From Candidatus Nezhaarchaeales archaeon (GTDB lineage: Archaea > Thermoproteota > Methanomethylicia > Nezhaarchaeales > WYZ-LMO8): 64,000 nt of DNA. Below the pieces are notes generated by a model. The model saw only the letters and a list, made by a program, of their open reading frames with translations, did no database searches and was not told the origin of the DNA. Of the stretch, positions 1 to 9,549 are shown in pieces. The translations under genes and the position numbers were made by a program. Each line of letters begins with the position of its first letter. The first letter of the stretch is position 1. The stretch covers positions 288,001-352,000 of the forward strand of contig JAWAKK010000002.1 in the NCBI GenBank assembly GCA_038887515.1. Direction: 5' to 3'.

Positions 1-270
1 TTTAGGTACGTATCTCCAAGGAAGGCTAAAAAGCCCGACAGGGACATCCTCTTAACCCTATGGAATCGGTTTAAGAGCTTGCCGTTCTGCGATAGGTGGG
101 TTTACGACGTAATACCTCATAAAACACGCTCAAAGCTTTTTGAGCTAACAACCATGGGTTACCTCTACGGATACCACGTATTAATAGAGAGAAGTAAGGG
201 GCTTGTAGCTCAAGCTGAACACACGATTATAGTACACGATGATGGCGTTGAAGTAACTACAAGCTTTTAG
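1..270 (+). CDS. map: Methionine aminopeptidase type II, C-terminal part (runs off window start)
   Basis: Frame open from base 1; LPFCDRW...YHVLIE...VAQAEHTIIV matches the archaeal MetAP2 C-terminus. Confidence 0.88.
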   Translation, partial: FRYVSPRKAKKPDRDILLTLWNRFKSLPFCDRWVYDVIPHKTRSKLFELTTMGYLYGYHVLIERSKGLVAQAEHTIIVHDDGVEVTTSF

Positions 271-276
271 GACCTA

Positions 277-612
277 TTACGGAGATGGCTTTTCTGGGAG
301 CCCGTATATCATGGATATGTAAAGGGGGGCTCTACATTTTGAGCATTCGCCTACTTTTTTGAAAACGTAATCACCGACCTGGAACTCTCTTTCTTCCTTA
401 TAGTCGCACTTCTCGCATTGTAGTACAGTCACTGTCCTCATACTCTTTGGTGCTATGAAGGTCCTCCTCTTTGTTGCCGAGAAGAACATGCTAATTATAA
501 AGAGCATTATCACTAAGAGAAAGAGATAGTAAATTAAAACCTCATACAAACCCTCTTGTTGCATGAAAGGTATCAAGTTATTTACTATGTTCAATACCAT
601 GTCGTTAACCAT
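277..612 (-). CDS. Membrane-anchored zinc-ribbon hypothetical protein
   Basis: Hydrophobic TM segment, then CEKC...REFQVGDYVFK...CSKC. Confidence 0.75.
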   Translation of the reverse strand: MVNDMVLNIVNNLIPFMQQEGLYEVLIYYLFLLVIMLFIISMFFSATKRRTFIAPKSMRTVTVLQCEKCDYKEEREFQVGDYVFKKVGECSKCRAPLYISMIYGLPEKPSP

Positions 613-1768
613 TTCCTACACCTATAGTGTTACCTATACCAGCTATTATAGCAACTCCTCCTTCTGCTACTTTCTCTCTAACGATCCGCTTAACGGCTTC
701 AATTGCTTTGTCGACAGCTTCGGCTACCTCCTTCCTCATAGTAGACAAAGCCTCTTCGTAACTCTGTTTAATGATTATAGCGTCTAAGCCGACGCCGAGC
801 TCGAGAGCCACCTGCTCTATCTTGTACTTCTCAGGGCCGGGATCTCCTATAGCTGCTCCAACTCCCTCAGCCACTTGACCTGTATTTTCTCCCTCCATCT
901 TAACTGCAGCGTCAATGGTTATTATTCTCCTAAGCTTATCCCTGTACTGTTGAGCGAGCTTGGCTACTGCCTCACCCGGTTTTCCTACCCTTCCTCCGGG
1001 TCCCTCTGCCTTTACGACTACAAGGAGCCTACCTTCAAAGGGCACTTCGGCAACTACCATCTCATCTCCAATACTTTTGGAGGGATATCCCCTCATCAGT
1101 TTAGCGGCAACCATGGGGCCTATGCCGTCGCCTATTGGCTTGCCCTTCGTAAACGAGTCTAGCGAGTTGAAGTATGCCTCCGCCAGCCTTATTATCATAG
1201 GTAAATTGTAGACTATCTGCATTATCACTAACATGCTCTTAGTTTTCTTGCCAAGTAGCGTGTAGTGCCTAACGACCTTGTATATATAGTTCACGGCCAT
1301 GGTTGCCGCAAAGGAAGCTTCCAAATTAGCCTTTTCATCGTTGCCAGCGTTAGGCGCTACTTTCGCCACTACATCCTTGAACTTTTCCCTTTCTACGTCA
1401 AGTAGATGTTCAAGTCTCTTTAAAACGCCGAAGGGATCTCTATCTACTGGTTCTATCACGAAAAAGTCCATGAACTTGTCGACTTCTTCAGAAGGATCCT
1501 TAGCTGGTTTGCCAACATCTTTTATAACATTTATGAGTATTTCTCTACTTTTCTTGGCCATAGCTTCAAGTTTATACGTGGCTTTCTCGGCTTCACGAAG
1601 CCATAAGTAAAGTTGGTATCTTTGTCCTAGGAAAAGCCATACTATGACGAAGAAGGCTAAAGATATTATATATGCAACTAGGTAGGTGTAATCTCCTCCC
1701 GTTGGCAACAATTGACGTATTTCGTTGAATGTGGCCACGACTCCACACACTTCCTCAGCAAACTTCAA
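605..1768 (-). CDS. DUF1512-family protein
   Basis: N-terminal TM; PIGDGIGP, IDAAVKMEGE, GIGNTIGV motifs of this TACK family. Confidence 0.75.
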   Translation of the reverse strand: MKFAEEVCGVVATFNEIRQLLPTGGDYTYLVAYIISLAFFVIVWLFLGQRYQLYLWLREAEKATYKLEAMAKKSREILINVIKDVGKPAKDPSEEVDKFMDFFVIEPVDRDPFGVLKRLEHLLDVEREKFKDVVAKVAPNAGNDEKANLEASFAATMAVNYIYKVVRHYTLLGKKTKSMLVIMQIVYNLPMIIRLAEAYFNSLDSFTKGKPIGDGIGPMVAAKLMRGYPSKSIGDEMVVAEVPFEGRLLVVVKAEGPGGRVGKPGEAVAKLAQQYRDKLRRIITIDAAVKMEGENTGQVAEGVGAAIGDPGPEKYKIEQVALELGVGLDAIIIKQSYEEALSTMRKEVAEAVDKAIEAVKRIVREKVAEGGVAIIAGIGNTIGVGNG

Positions 1769-1811
1769 AGTGATAAAAAAAGTTTTTCGAGAAATAAAAA
1801 CTGTTTTGTTC

Positions 1812-1828
1812 GAAAAAAGCCTTTATAC
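1812..1828 (+). promoter_or_regulatory. BRE/TATA promoter of 5S rRNA
   Basis: GAAAAAAGCC followed by TTTATA about 25 nt before the 5S 5' end. Confidence 0.55.
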
Positions 1829-1849
1829 CAGTTCTTAGAGAAAAGCTGT

Positions 1850-1981
1850 GGGGTTGTCGCCGGCCATAGTGAGCGGGACCCACCCGGTCTCGTCAGAACC
1901 CGGAAGTTAAACCGCTCAACGCGTACCCGAGTACTGGGTTCCGCGAGGGCCCCGGGAAAGGGGCGTGCTGGCGGCAACCCC
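1850..1981 (+). rRNA. rrf: 5S rRNA (ends approximate)
   Basis: GGCCATAG...CACCCGGTCTCGTCAGAACCCGGAAGTTAA...GTACTGGG core; terminal helix GGGGTTGTCGCC/GGCGGCAACCCC. Confidence 0.95.
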
Positions 1982-2031
1982 ATTTTCAATAAAGTTTTTA
2001 AGATTCACATAGCATTTTTCTTCTTTCGTAG

Positions 2032-2191
2032 GGGGCCGTGGTCTAGCAAGGTAGGACGACATCGGGTTATCGGCCCGGCGTTAAGGGCTCCAGAAGTCAT
2101 AGAGCTACGGGTCTGCAGACCAAGAAGGGATGATGATCTTCTGGAGCGAGAGACCCGTTGGTCGGGGGTTCAAGTCCCCCCGGCCCCACCA
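2032..2191 (+). tRNA. tRNA-Trp(CCA) with two introns (2061-2084 at position 28/29; 2094-2152 at 37/38), CCA encoded
   Basis: Acceptor GGGGCCG/CGGCCCC, T arm GGGGG TTCAAGT CCCCC; removing both introns gives ACGGG CT CCA GA CCCGT; the first intron has a BHB-like junction. Confidence 0.88.
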
Positions 2192-2561
2192 AATGCCCTT
2201 GAGTAGCGTTTTCTTCTCCACGCGTAGAGATGTTGAGAAGCTTATGAAAGCAAGAGATCCAACGTTAAGGATGTAGTGCCGTAGGTTTAGAGCAATACTC
2301 ATATCCTTTCAGGTAATACCGAAATGCTTTACTAAAAGGTTATGTAGTGTTTTGCTACTTAATGCTTTTTCGAGTGCGCTTAAATGACGCACTTACTCTT
2401 GCATCGCATTTTAGAATAATGGCCTTAGATGGATCAGAGCTTTCTAGGTTGTTTAAAAAGATAATAGAGGCATTAACTATGAGGTAGCTCGCCCAACATT
2501 GACACAAACAACTTAAAGTCTTAATAGAAGCTGCGAGAGGGGCTAAAAGCTAATGTATTGA

Positions 2562-2633
2562 AGCCGGGGAGGGGATTTGAACCCCTGTAAAGCGGGTCTG
2601 CAGCCCGCCGCCTAACCGCTCGGCTACCCCGGC
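2562..2633 (-). tRNA. tRNA-Cys(GCA)
   Basis: Reverse complement GCCGGGG...GCGGG CT GCA GA CCCGC...TTCAAAT...CCCCGGC. Confidence 0.95.
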
Positions 2634-2742
2634 CTACAAAACACAAACCTAATATCTCTCTTATAGCTTTCGAAACTTGATCTTCCATTTGTAATGGAAG
2701 AGAATATTTTAGATTGCTTATGCAATTTGTTACTCTACTCGA

Positions 2743-2815
2743 GGGGCCGTAGGCTAGCCTGGTAGACTGCGAGGCTCGGGCCCTCGTGACCCAGGTTCAA
2801 ATCCTGGCGGCCCCA
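2743..2815 (+). tRNA. tRNA-Pro(CGG)
   Basis: GGGGCCG...CGAGG CT CGG GC CCTCG...TTCAAAT...CGGCCCCA. Confidence 0.93.
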
Positions 2816-3044
2816 CTAGCTCTCTGCCCCCTTCATAGGGGTCTTTTGGCCTTTCTTGTCGAACCCGTTGTAGGCAATGAACTCTCTCAACTTTATGGAG
2901 GTTATGGTTTAGCTAAGTACTTTAAGATTTCACCAATTTTTGGCAGTTATCATGTTTTGTTGGTACCTATAAGTCCGTTGATAAGAACATCCTATAAGCT
3001 AAGTTCAGCGCAACTTTCTTAACTCTTTTGGTAAAAGTCTACTC

Positions 3045-3275
3045 GTGGTCGAGGCTTTCATACACATCAGGGTTGAGCCGGGCAAAGTGCCTGAGGTAGT
3101 AAGACAACTGAAGTCCCTACCAGAAATAAGGGAAGTCCACCCAGTTACGGGACCATATGATGTAATAGCCAAAATAGAAGTCGTAAATACAAAGGCCCTC
3201 ACCGACTTCCTCATAACTAAAATACATAAAATAGATGGAGTGAGAGACACCATGACTTCAATAGTCCTTGATTAA
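3045..3275 (+). CDS. Lrp/AsnC ligand-binding (RAM) domain protein
   Basis: EAFIHIRVEPGK...VTGPYDVIAKIE...IDGVRDTMTSIV. Confidence 0.88.
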   Translation: MVEAFIHIRVEPGKVPEVVRQLKSLPEIREVHPVTGPYDVIAKIEVVNTKALTDFLITKIHKIDGVRDTMTSIVLD

Positions 3276-3338
3276 TTCTTCATTTTTTATTTGCAGAGCT
3301 GAGTTAGGGATAAATTGGGCTGGCGCCCACTATAGGGC

Positions 3339-4790
3339 TTGGCGAAGAAGATGAGTAACGTTGATGCTGACGTGGTCATAGTTGGCTGTGGGCCTGCTGG
3401 GATATTTACGGCCCTAGAATTAATTCAGAGGAGCAACTTAAGGGTAGTAATGGTTGATAGAGGCCCTGACATAGAGGAGCGAAGGTGCTTTACACGGATG
3501 GGTCGTGAATGCGCTAATTGTAGTCCTTGTACAATGCTGTGTGGGTGGGGTGGAGCAGGAGCCTTTAGTGATGGCAAATTAACTTTATCTGTCGATGTAG
3601 GTGGGTGGCTCGAAAACTACGTAGGAAGAGATGAACTTACAAGACTGATAGATTACGTAGATAAAGTATACCTAGCATTTGGCGCGCCGGATGTAATATT
3701 TGGAACTGACGTCGACGCTATAGAGGAATTGCAAAGGCGTGCACAGCTAGCAGGCTTAAAGCTCGTACCCGTAAAGATTAGGCATTTAGGTACTGAGAAG
3801 TGCGTTGAAGTAATTAAGGCCATGAGGGACTACCTATCCCAACGAGTTAAGATCCTAATGGGGAGGACGGCTACTCAAGTTCTTGTCGATGGTTCATCAG
3901 CTATGGGGATAGAATTAGCTGACGGGACTAAGATTCGAGCTAAGTACGTCGTATTAGCTCCCGGAAGGGGTGGTGCCGAGTGGCTAAAAAGAATAACGAA
4001 AGAGCTGAATTTCAAGACTTATAACAATCCAGTTGATATAGGTGTTAGAGTCGAGGTTCCGGCACCAGTTACAGAGCCACTGACGAAGTACCTCTATGAA
4101 CCAAAACTTATATACTATTCAAAGTACTTCGATGACCAGGTTAGGACTTTTTGCTTCAATCCCTACGGCGAGGTAATAACAGAGTCTTACGAAGGTGTCC
4201 TAACAGTTAATGGGCATAGTTTTCTCAATAAGAAGACCAACAACACGAATTTCGCGATCCTAGTAAGCACGTCTTTTACAGAACCCTTTAAAGAACCTAT
4301 AGCTTATGGGAAGTACATAGCACGTTTAGCGAACCTGCTTAGCGGAGGTATAATTGTCCAGAGGCTTGGAGATCTTGAGGAGGGTAGGAGGTCGACTCCT
4401 GAAAGAATTAGGAGGAACATCGTTGAGCCAACATTAAAATCAGCTACGCCAGGAGACCTAAGCTTCGTCCTTCCTTACAGGTACTTGGCCAATATATTGG
4501 AAATGCTTCAAGCAATGGATAAATTAACCCCAGGAGTATACTCGAGGTACACATTGCTTTATGGCGTTGAAGTTAAGTTCTACTCGTCGAGACTTGAGCT
4601 GACGAGGGAGCTAGAGACTAAAGTAGAGAACCTCTACGCTATCGGTGATGGCGCCGGAATAACAAGGGGTCTAGTTCAAGCTTCTGCGTCCGGTATCATA
4701 GTGGCAAGGAGTATACTTAGGAAGGAGGGTTACTTAATTCCGGAAGTTACCGAAGAAACTCTACCAATAAAAGTACCATCCAAACCATAA
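3339..4790 (+). CDS. NAD(P)/FAD-dependent oxidoreductase (COG2509-like)
   Basis: GCGPAG dinucleotide motif, Cys cluster, GGAGAFSDGKL, GDGAGITRG; start may be ATG 3351. Confidence 0.85.
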   Translation: MAKKMSNVDADVVIVGCGPAGIFTALELIQRSNLRVVMVDRGPDIEERRCFTRMGRECANCSPCTMLCGWGGAGAFSDGKLTLSVDVGGWLENYVGRDELTRLIDYVDKVYLAFGAPDVIFGTDVDAIEELQRRAQLAGLKLVPVKIRHLGTEKCVEVIKAMRDYLSQRVKILMGRTATQVLVDGSSAMGIELADGTKIRAKYVVLAPGRGGAEWLKRITKELNFKTYNNPVDIGVRVEVPAPVTEPLTKYLYEPKLIYYSKYFDDQVRTFCFNPYGEVITESYEGVLTVNGHSFLNKKTNNTNFAILVSTSFTEPFKEPIAYGKYIARLANLLSGGIIVQRLGDLEEGRRSTPERIRRNIVEPTLKSATPGDLSFVLPYRYLANILEMLQAMDKLTPGVYSRYTLLYGVEVKFYSSRLELTRELETKVENLYAIGDGAGITRGLVQASASGIIVARSILRKEGYLIPEVTEETLPIKVPSKP

Positions 4791-5497
4791 ACGTAGCCTC
4801 GAAGCGGGTTAATAAGCCCCCTAAATATGGGGCTTAACTTTTGGAAAGACTTTACACTTAATGGACTATGCCCTAGGTAGTCATTGTAGGCTGGGTGAAC
4901 TATCAGCTTCTTGATATTAACGTCAATCTTCAAGCTTCTCCTAATTTCCTCCCTAACCTTCTTGCTTATATGGTATACGACCCAAACCCTACATTCCTCA
5001 TTGTGCCTTAATATGGAAGGATGTAGATGCCCCATTACGAGCACGTTGCCCTTTAATAATTCTAGCTTCGGCCACGCGTTTCCGTGCACAAATGAGACGT
5101 CGCCTATCGAGATACCCGATGCTTCGTAGACTTCGATGCCATCAATTTTCAAGCGTTTCAACGAACCATCATGATTACCCATGACGATAACAACTCTACC
5201 TATGGTATCTAATAATTTTCTGAGGAAGCCTTCCACCTCTATCTTAACCTTCTTTCTAAGTCCTCTAATTTCATGCTTTACGTCGCCAAGTATAACTAGT
5301 ACATCAGGCTTAATTAGCGCTAGCAAGTTACATAAACCCTTTACGATTTTGCTAGTCTGCGATGGCACTCTGAAGCCAAGTCTCTGAAGCTCGTATTCTA
5401 AACCTATGTGAAGATCGGATATAGTCAGTATCCTCTCCTTATCTTTATTAGTTATTAGTGACGCTGGGGAGCCGAGTACGAATTTGACGTTGACCAT
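4730..5497 (-). CDS. Calcineurin-like metallophosphoesterase
   Basis: SDLHIG, LGDVKH, GNHD, HG and GHLHP motifs. Confidence 0.85.
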   Translation of the reverse strand: MVNVKFVLGSPASLITNKDKERILTISDLHIGLEYELQRLGFRVPSQTSKIVKGLCNLLALIKPDVLVILGDVKHEIRGLRKKVKIEVEGFLRKLLDTIGRVVIVMGNHDGSLKRLKIDGIEVYEASGISIGDVSFVHGNAWPKLELLKGNVLVMGHLHPSILRHNEECRVWVVYHISKKVREEIRRSLKIDVNIKKLIVHPAYNDYLGHSPLSVKSFQKLSPIFRGLINPLRGYVYGLDGTFIGRVSSVTSGIK

Positions 5498-5565
5498 AAA
5501 ATCGCTCTACCCTACTGTTATGATAGCCAACATTTATTTAATAGCTTAAATCCTCAACAACTTGA

Positions 5566-5928
5566 ATGGCACAGCACGTAATACAAGTATTGCAAGAACT
5601 CGGGGTAACGGTTGAAGAAGTAACGTTAAAAAGGCTAAAGAAGGCGGTTGAAGTAGTGAATAAAGGGAGGGTTAAAAAGTACATCTTTAGACCAAGTGGG
5701 CGCGTAGTGTGGATAGTTGTCGGCAAGAAAAGGGACTATTGGATTATACCGAAGCTGTACTGCTCATGCGATGACTTCTACATAAATGTGATTTCGAGGA
5801 GGAAGAGCTCCATATGCTACCACTTACTAGCCCAAGCTTTGGCAGAGAAGATTGGCAATTATGAAGTGTTCAACGTTACGGACGAAGAAGGGGAAAGATT
5901 GGAGGAAGAATGGCGTAGGATTCAGTAA
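5566..5928 (+). CDS. SWIM zinc-finger protein
   Basis: CSC-x-CYH SWIM pattern. Confidence 0.8.
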   Translation: MAQHVIQVLQELGVTVEEVTLKRLKKAVEVVNKGRVKKYIFRPSGRVVWIVVGKKRDYWIIPKLYCSCDDFYINVISRRKSSICYHLLAQALAEKIGNYEVFNVTDEEGERLEEEWRRIQ

Positions 5929-5942
5929 TTCAACTTTTAGCT

Positions 5943-6866
5943 TTAAGTCAGTATCATCTTCAACAGCGCCATTCTTACAAGCAAACCATAGAAAACTTGC
6001 TTAAAGTACTTTGCATGGGGAGTCCTGTCGATCTCTCTATCTAGTTCATCGACTCTCGGTAGTGGGTGTAAAATTATTAAATCGTCCTTTACGTGTTGGA
6101 GATGTTCCATAGTTAACTTGTAGGAGCCCTTGACCCTTTCATACTCCACAGGATCTGCAAACCTTTCTCGCTGTATTCTAGTTACATATATCACGTCTGC
6201 TTCTCTCAGTAGGCTTCGTGTTAATGAGCTTGTCTCTACGAAAGAAGCATTTAATGACTTAAGCTCTTCTCTAACTTCATCCCTCAACTTTAAGGGTTCT
6301 GGAGATACGAATATGAAGCTTACCTTAAAGTTTAGTAAACCATGAATTAGAGACCTCGCAGCTCGGCTATACTTTAAGTCTCCTAGAAGGAGCATTGTTA
6401 AACCATCTATGTTGCCTCTCTCCCTCCATATAGTGTATAGGTCCACGAGCGCTTGAGTCGGATGGGATAGAGCTCCTGAACCAGCGTTTATAACGGGTAC
6501 TTGGACTACATCAGCTATAGCCTTGGCAGCCCCTTCGTATGGGTGCCTTACGACCATTATATCCGCATAATTTTCGACGACTTTGACCGTATCTAGTAAG
6601 CTCTCTCCTTTAGCCATGGAAGTAAGGGAGGGCTCTTCAAAACCTATAACATCGCCACCTAACCTCTTCATAGCGGTTTCGAAGCTCATTTTAGTCCTAG
6701 TGCTAGGCTCAAAGAAAAGCAATGCCATAATTTTCCCCGCCAAGATGTTGCTCTTCGATTTAGCGTAGGGTTCAAGGGATGTTGCCTCCCTAAATATCGC
6801 TATTATCTCCTCCCTCGTAAAGTCCTTAATTGATATTACGTCTCGTCCATGTAGGGATATCGACAA
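5943..6866 (-). CDS. pyrB: Aspartate carbamoyltransferase catalytic subunit
   Basis: FFEPSTRT, HPTQ, GDLKYSR, HPLPRVDE. Confidence 0.97.
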   Translation of the reverse strand: MSISLHGRDVISIKDFTREEIIAIFREATSLEPYAKSKSNILAGKIMALLFFEPSTRTKMSFETAMKRLGGDVIGFEEPSLTSMAKGESLLDTVKVVENYADIMVVRHPYEGAAKAIADVVQVPVINAGSGALSHPTQALVDLYTIWRERGNIDGLTMLLLGDLKYSRAARSLIHGLLNFKVSFIFVSPEPLKLRDEVREELKSLNASFVETSSLTRSLLREADVIYVTRIQRERFADPVEYERVKGSYKLTMEHLQHVKDDLIILHPLPRVDELDREIDRTPHAKYFKQVFYGLLVRMALLKMILT

Positions 6867-6928
6867 ATAAGACCCCTCGGAAATTATTTAGAGACTGTAA
6901 GCTTAAGTATTTAAGGTGCGAACCCAAG

Positions 6929-7399
6929 ATGATGGCCGACAGAGAGCTACGCGTTCAAAAGATAAAGGAAGGCGTCGTCATAGACCATTTAAGGGCTGGA
7001 ACTGCCCTTAAAATTCTTGAGTTATTGGGGATAACCGGGAAAGAAGGCTATATAATAACAGTCGCTATGAACGTACCGAGCCAGAAGCTAGGAGTTAAGG
7101 ATATAATAAAAATAGAAGGTAGACATTTGAGTCCAGCAGAAGTTAGCAAAATAGCGCTTCTGGCTCCAAAGGCCACTCTGAACATAATAAAGGACTATCG
7201 AGTAGAAAAGAAGGAGAGGCTTAAGCCCCCCGATAAAATTGTAGGAATATTAAAGTGCAGCAACCCTACGTGCATTACAAACCACGAACCGCAAGTCCAA
7301 AGCAGGTTCCTTGTTATAAGTCGTGAACCCTTAAAAATTAAGTGCGAGTATTGTGAAACTTTAATGGATCAAACAGAAATAACTAAAAAGTTAAGCTAG
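6929..7399 (+). CDS. pyrI: Aspartate carbamoyltransferase regulatory subunit
   Basis: IKEGVVIDHL, KDIIKIE, CSNPTCIT...CEYC; start set at ATG 6929. Confidence 0.96.
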   Translation: MMADRELRVQKIKEGVVIDHLRAGTALKILELLGITGKEGYIITVAMNVPSQKLGVKDIIKIEGRHLSPAEVSKIALLAPKATLNIIKDYRVEKKERLKPPDKIVGILKCSNPTCITNHEPQVQSRFLVISREPLKIKCEYCETLMDQTEITKKLS

Positions 7400-7412
7400 A
7401 AAGTAGTCTTGG

Positions 7413-7736
7413 GTGAATTTAATGAAGATTGTGGCCGTCGGTAGCCAAGACTTCGTTGCAGGCTTAAGGTTAGCTGGGGTCGATGAGGGGTATGCTATCC
7501 AAGACTATTCGGAGGCCGACGTAAAGCTGTCGGCAATAACTAAAAGGAGCGATATCGCACTAGTACTGCTTGAGGAACGTTACGCCCTCGAAATACCAAA
7601 CTTCTACGATAAATACTTAAAACTAAAGCAACCTGTTATAACAATTATACCTACCGGCAAGGTAAGAGAGGGTGTACGCGATTACATGAGTGAGCTTATA
7701 AGGAGGACCATAGGGGTTGAGGTCGTCATAAAATAG
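7413..7736 (+). CDS. atpF: A/V-type ATP synthase subunit F
   Basis: [19 protein letters not shown]...IRRTIG; precedes subunit A. Confidence 0.9.
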   Translation: MNLMKIVAVGSQDFVAGLRLAGVDEGYAIQDYSEADVKLSAITKRSDIALVLLEERYALEIPNFYDKYLKLKQPVITIIPTGKVREGVRDYMSELIRRTIGVEVVIK

Positions 7737-7749
7737 TTGTGGTGAAATC

Positions 7750-9537
7750 ATGCCCTGTATTGGAAAATTGATTAGGATAGCCGGTCCAGTAGTCGTTGCT
7801 AAGGGGATGAAAGGAAGCCAAATGTTCGAGTTAGTTAGAGTTGGAGAGCTAAACCTGATAGGCGAGATAATAAAGCTTCAAGAAGATCTGGCAACTATAC
7901 AGGTGTACGAAGAGACAAGCGGCTTAAGGCCGGGAGAAAAGGTTGTAGGCACAGGACAATTACTTTCCGTTGAACTCGGCCCCGGGATATTGACGCAAAT
8001 CTACGACGGTATCCAGAGGCCCCTCGAAGTGATAAAACACAGTTCAGGGGCTTTCATAGCTAGGGGGCTAACAGCTCCAGCTCTTCCAAGAGATAGGAAA
8101 TGGCACTTTACACCAAAGATAAATGCTGACAGTAAGGTTACAGGAGGAGACGTACTTGGAGAGGTTCAGGAAACCCCTCTAGTAACTCATAGAGTGATGG
8201 TCCCGCCGGGTATCGAAGGTATCTTAGAAGAAATAGTCCCTGAAGGAGACTATACTGTCGACGAGGTCATAGCGAAGGTTAGGGCCCCCAATGGTACCAT
8301 ACACGAATTAACAATGATGCAGAGGTGGCCAGTCCGTAAACCAAGGCCCTATAAGACGAAACTCGACCCGGTAAATCCATTGCTGACCGGTCAAAGGATC
8401 ATTGATGCTCTATTCCCCATAGCTAAGGGAGGAACCGCAGCTATACCCGGTGGATTTGGAACTGGAAAGACCGTGACGCAACATCAGTTAGCTCAGTGGG
8501 CTGATGCCAAGGTTATAGTATACATAGGTTGTGGCGAGCGAGGTAATGAGATGACAGAAATGCTGGAACGCTTCCCAGAACTCAAGGACCCGAGGACCGG
8601 TAGACCACTTATGGAGAGGACTGTAATGATAGCTAACACAAGTAACATGCCAGTAGCGGCGAGAGAAGCCAGCATCTATACTGGAGTAACTATAGCAGAG
8701 TACTTCAGGGACATGGGTTATGACGTAGCTTTAATGGCCGACTCGACATCGAGGTGGGCTGAAGCCCTTAGAGAAATCTCAGGGAGGTTAGAAGAGATGC
8801 CGGGAGAAGAGGGCTATCCTCCATATCTAGGAGCTAGGCTAGCTGAATTCTACGAGCGGGCTGGAAGAGTTGTCACGCTAGGCTCAGAAGATAGGATAGG
8901 TTCGGTCTCGATAATAGGTGCGGTCTCTCCTCCAGGGGGCGACTTTTCGGAACCGGTCGTACAAGCAACTCTAAGAATAGTAAAGGTCTTCTGGGCTCTA
9001 GATACGGCTCTTGCTTATAGGAGACATTTCCCAGCCATAAATTGGCTAACGAGCTATTCGCTCTACTTGGAGAGCTTAGAGGAATGGTTTAAAGAGAACG
9101 TGGCCCCCGACTGGCCTGAACTACGCAGAGAAGCCATGGCTATTCTACAGAGGGAGGCGGAGCTATTAGAGATAGTAAGGCTAGTCGGTCCCGACGCATT
9201 GCCCGAAGTTGATAAAGCGGTCCTTGAAGTTGCAAGAACTATAAGGGAAGACTTCCTGATGCAGCACGCCTATCACCCCGTAGATACTTACTGCCCGATG
9301 GACAAGACCTACCTGATGTTAAAGGTAATACTCTATTTCGATAGGAAAGTGAAAGAAGCTATATCAAATAAGGTTCCGTTGACCGAGATCCTAAAGCTAC
9401 CAATCAGGGAGGACCTAGCGAGGATGAAGTTGGTATCCTATGACAGGATAAGGGAAGTAGTGGAAAACATAATTAAGAAGATCGACGAGCAAATTGATTT
9501 ATTGATAAGAAGTCGGAAGGCTGTAGCGTCAGTTTAG
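7750..9537 (+). CDS. atpA: A/V-type ATP synthase subunit A
   Basis: [26 protein letters not shown]; no intein. Confidence 0.98.
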   Translation: MPCIGKLIRIAGPVVVAKGMKGSQMFELVRVGELNLIGEIIKLQEDLATIQVYEETSGLRPGEKVVGTGQLLSVELGPGILTQIYDGIQRPLEVIKHSSGAFIARGLTAPALPRDRKWHFTPKINADSKVTGGDVLGEVQETPLVTHRVMVPPGIEGILEEIVPEGDYTVDEVIAKVRAPNGTIHELTMMQRWPVRKPRPYKTKLDPVNPLLTGQRIIDALFPIAKGGTAAIPGGFGTGKTVTQHQLAQWADAKVIVYIGCGERGNEMTEMLERFPELKDPRTGRPLMERTVMIANTSNMPVAAREASIYTGVTIAEYFRDMGYDVALMADSTSRWAEALREISGRLEEMPGEEGYPPYLGARLAEFYERAGRVVTLGSEDRIGSVSIIGAVSPPGGDFSEPVVQATLRIVKVFWALDTALAYRRHFPAINWLTSYSLYLESLEEWFKENVAPDWPELRREAMAILQREAELLEIVRLVGPDALPEVDKAVLEVARTIREDFLMQHAYHPVDTYCPMDKTYLMLKVILYFDRKVKEAISNKVPLTEILKLPIREDLARMKLVSYDRIREVVENIIKKIDEQIDLLIRSRKAVASV

Positions 9538-9549
9538 GGAGGTTTTAAT

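Noticed and set aside
1712-2302. ORFs 1712-2206, 1765-1989 and 2105-2302
   Set aside because: Shadow ORFs over 5S rRNA and tRNA-Trp
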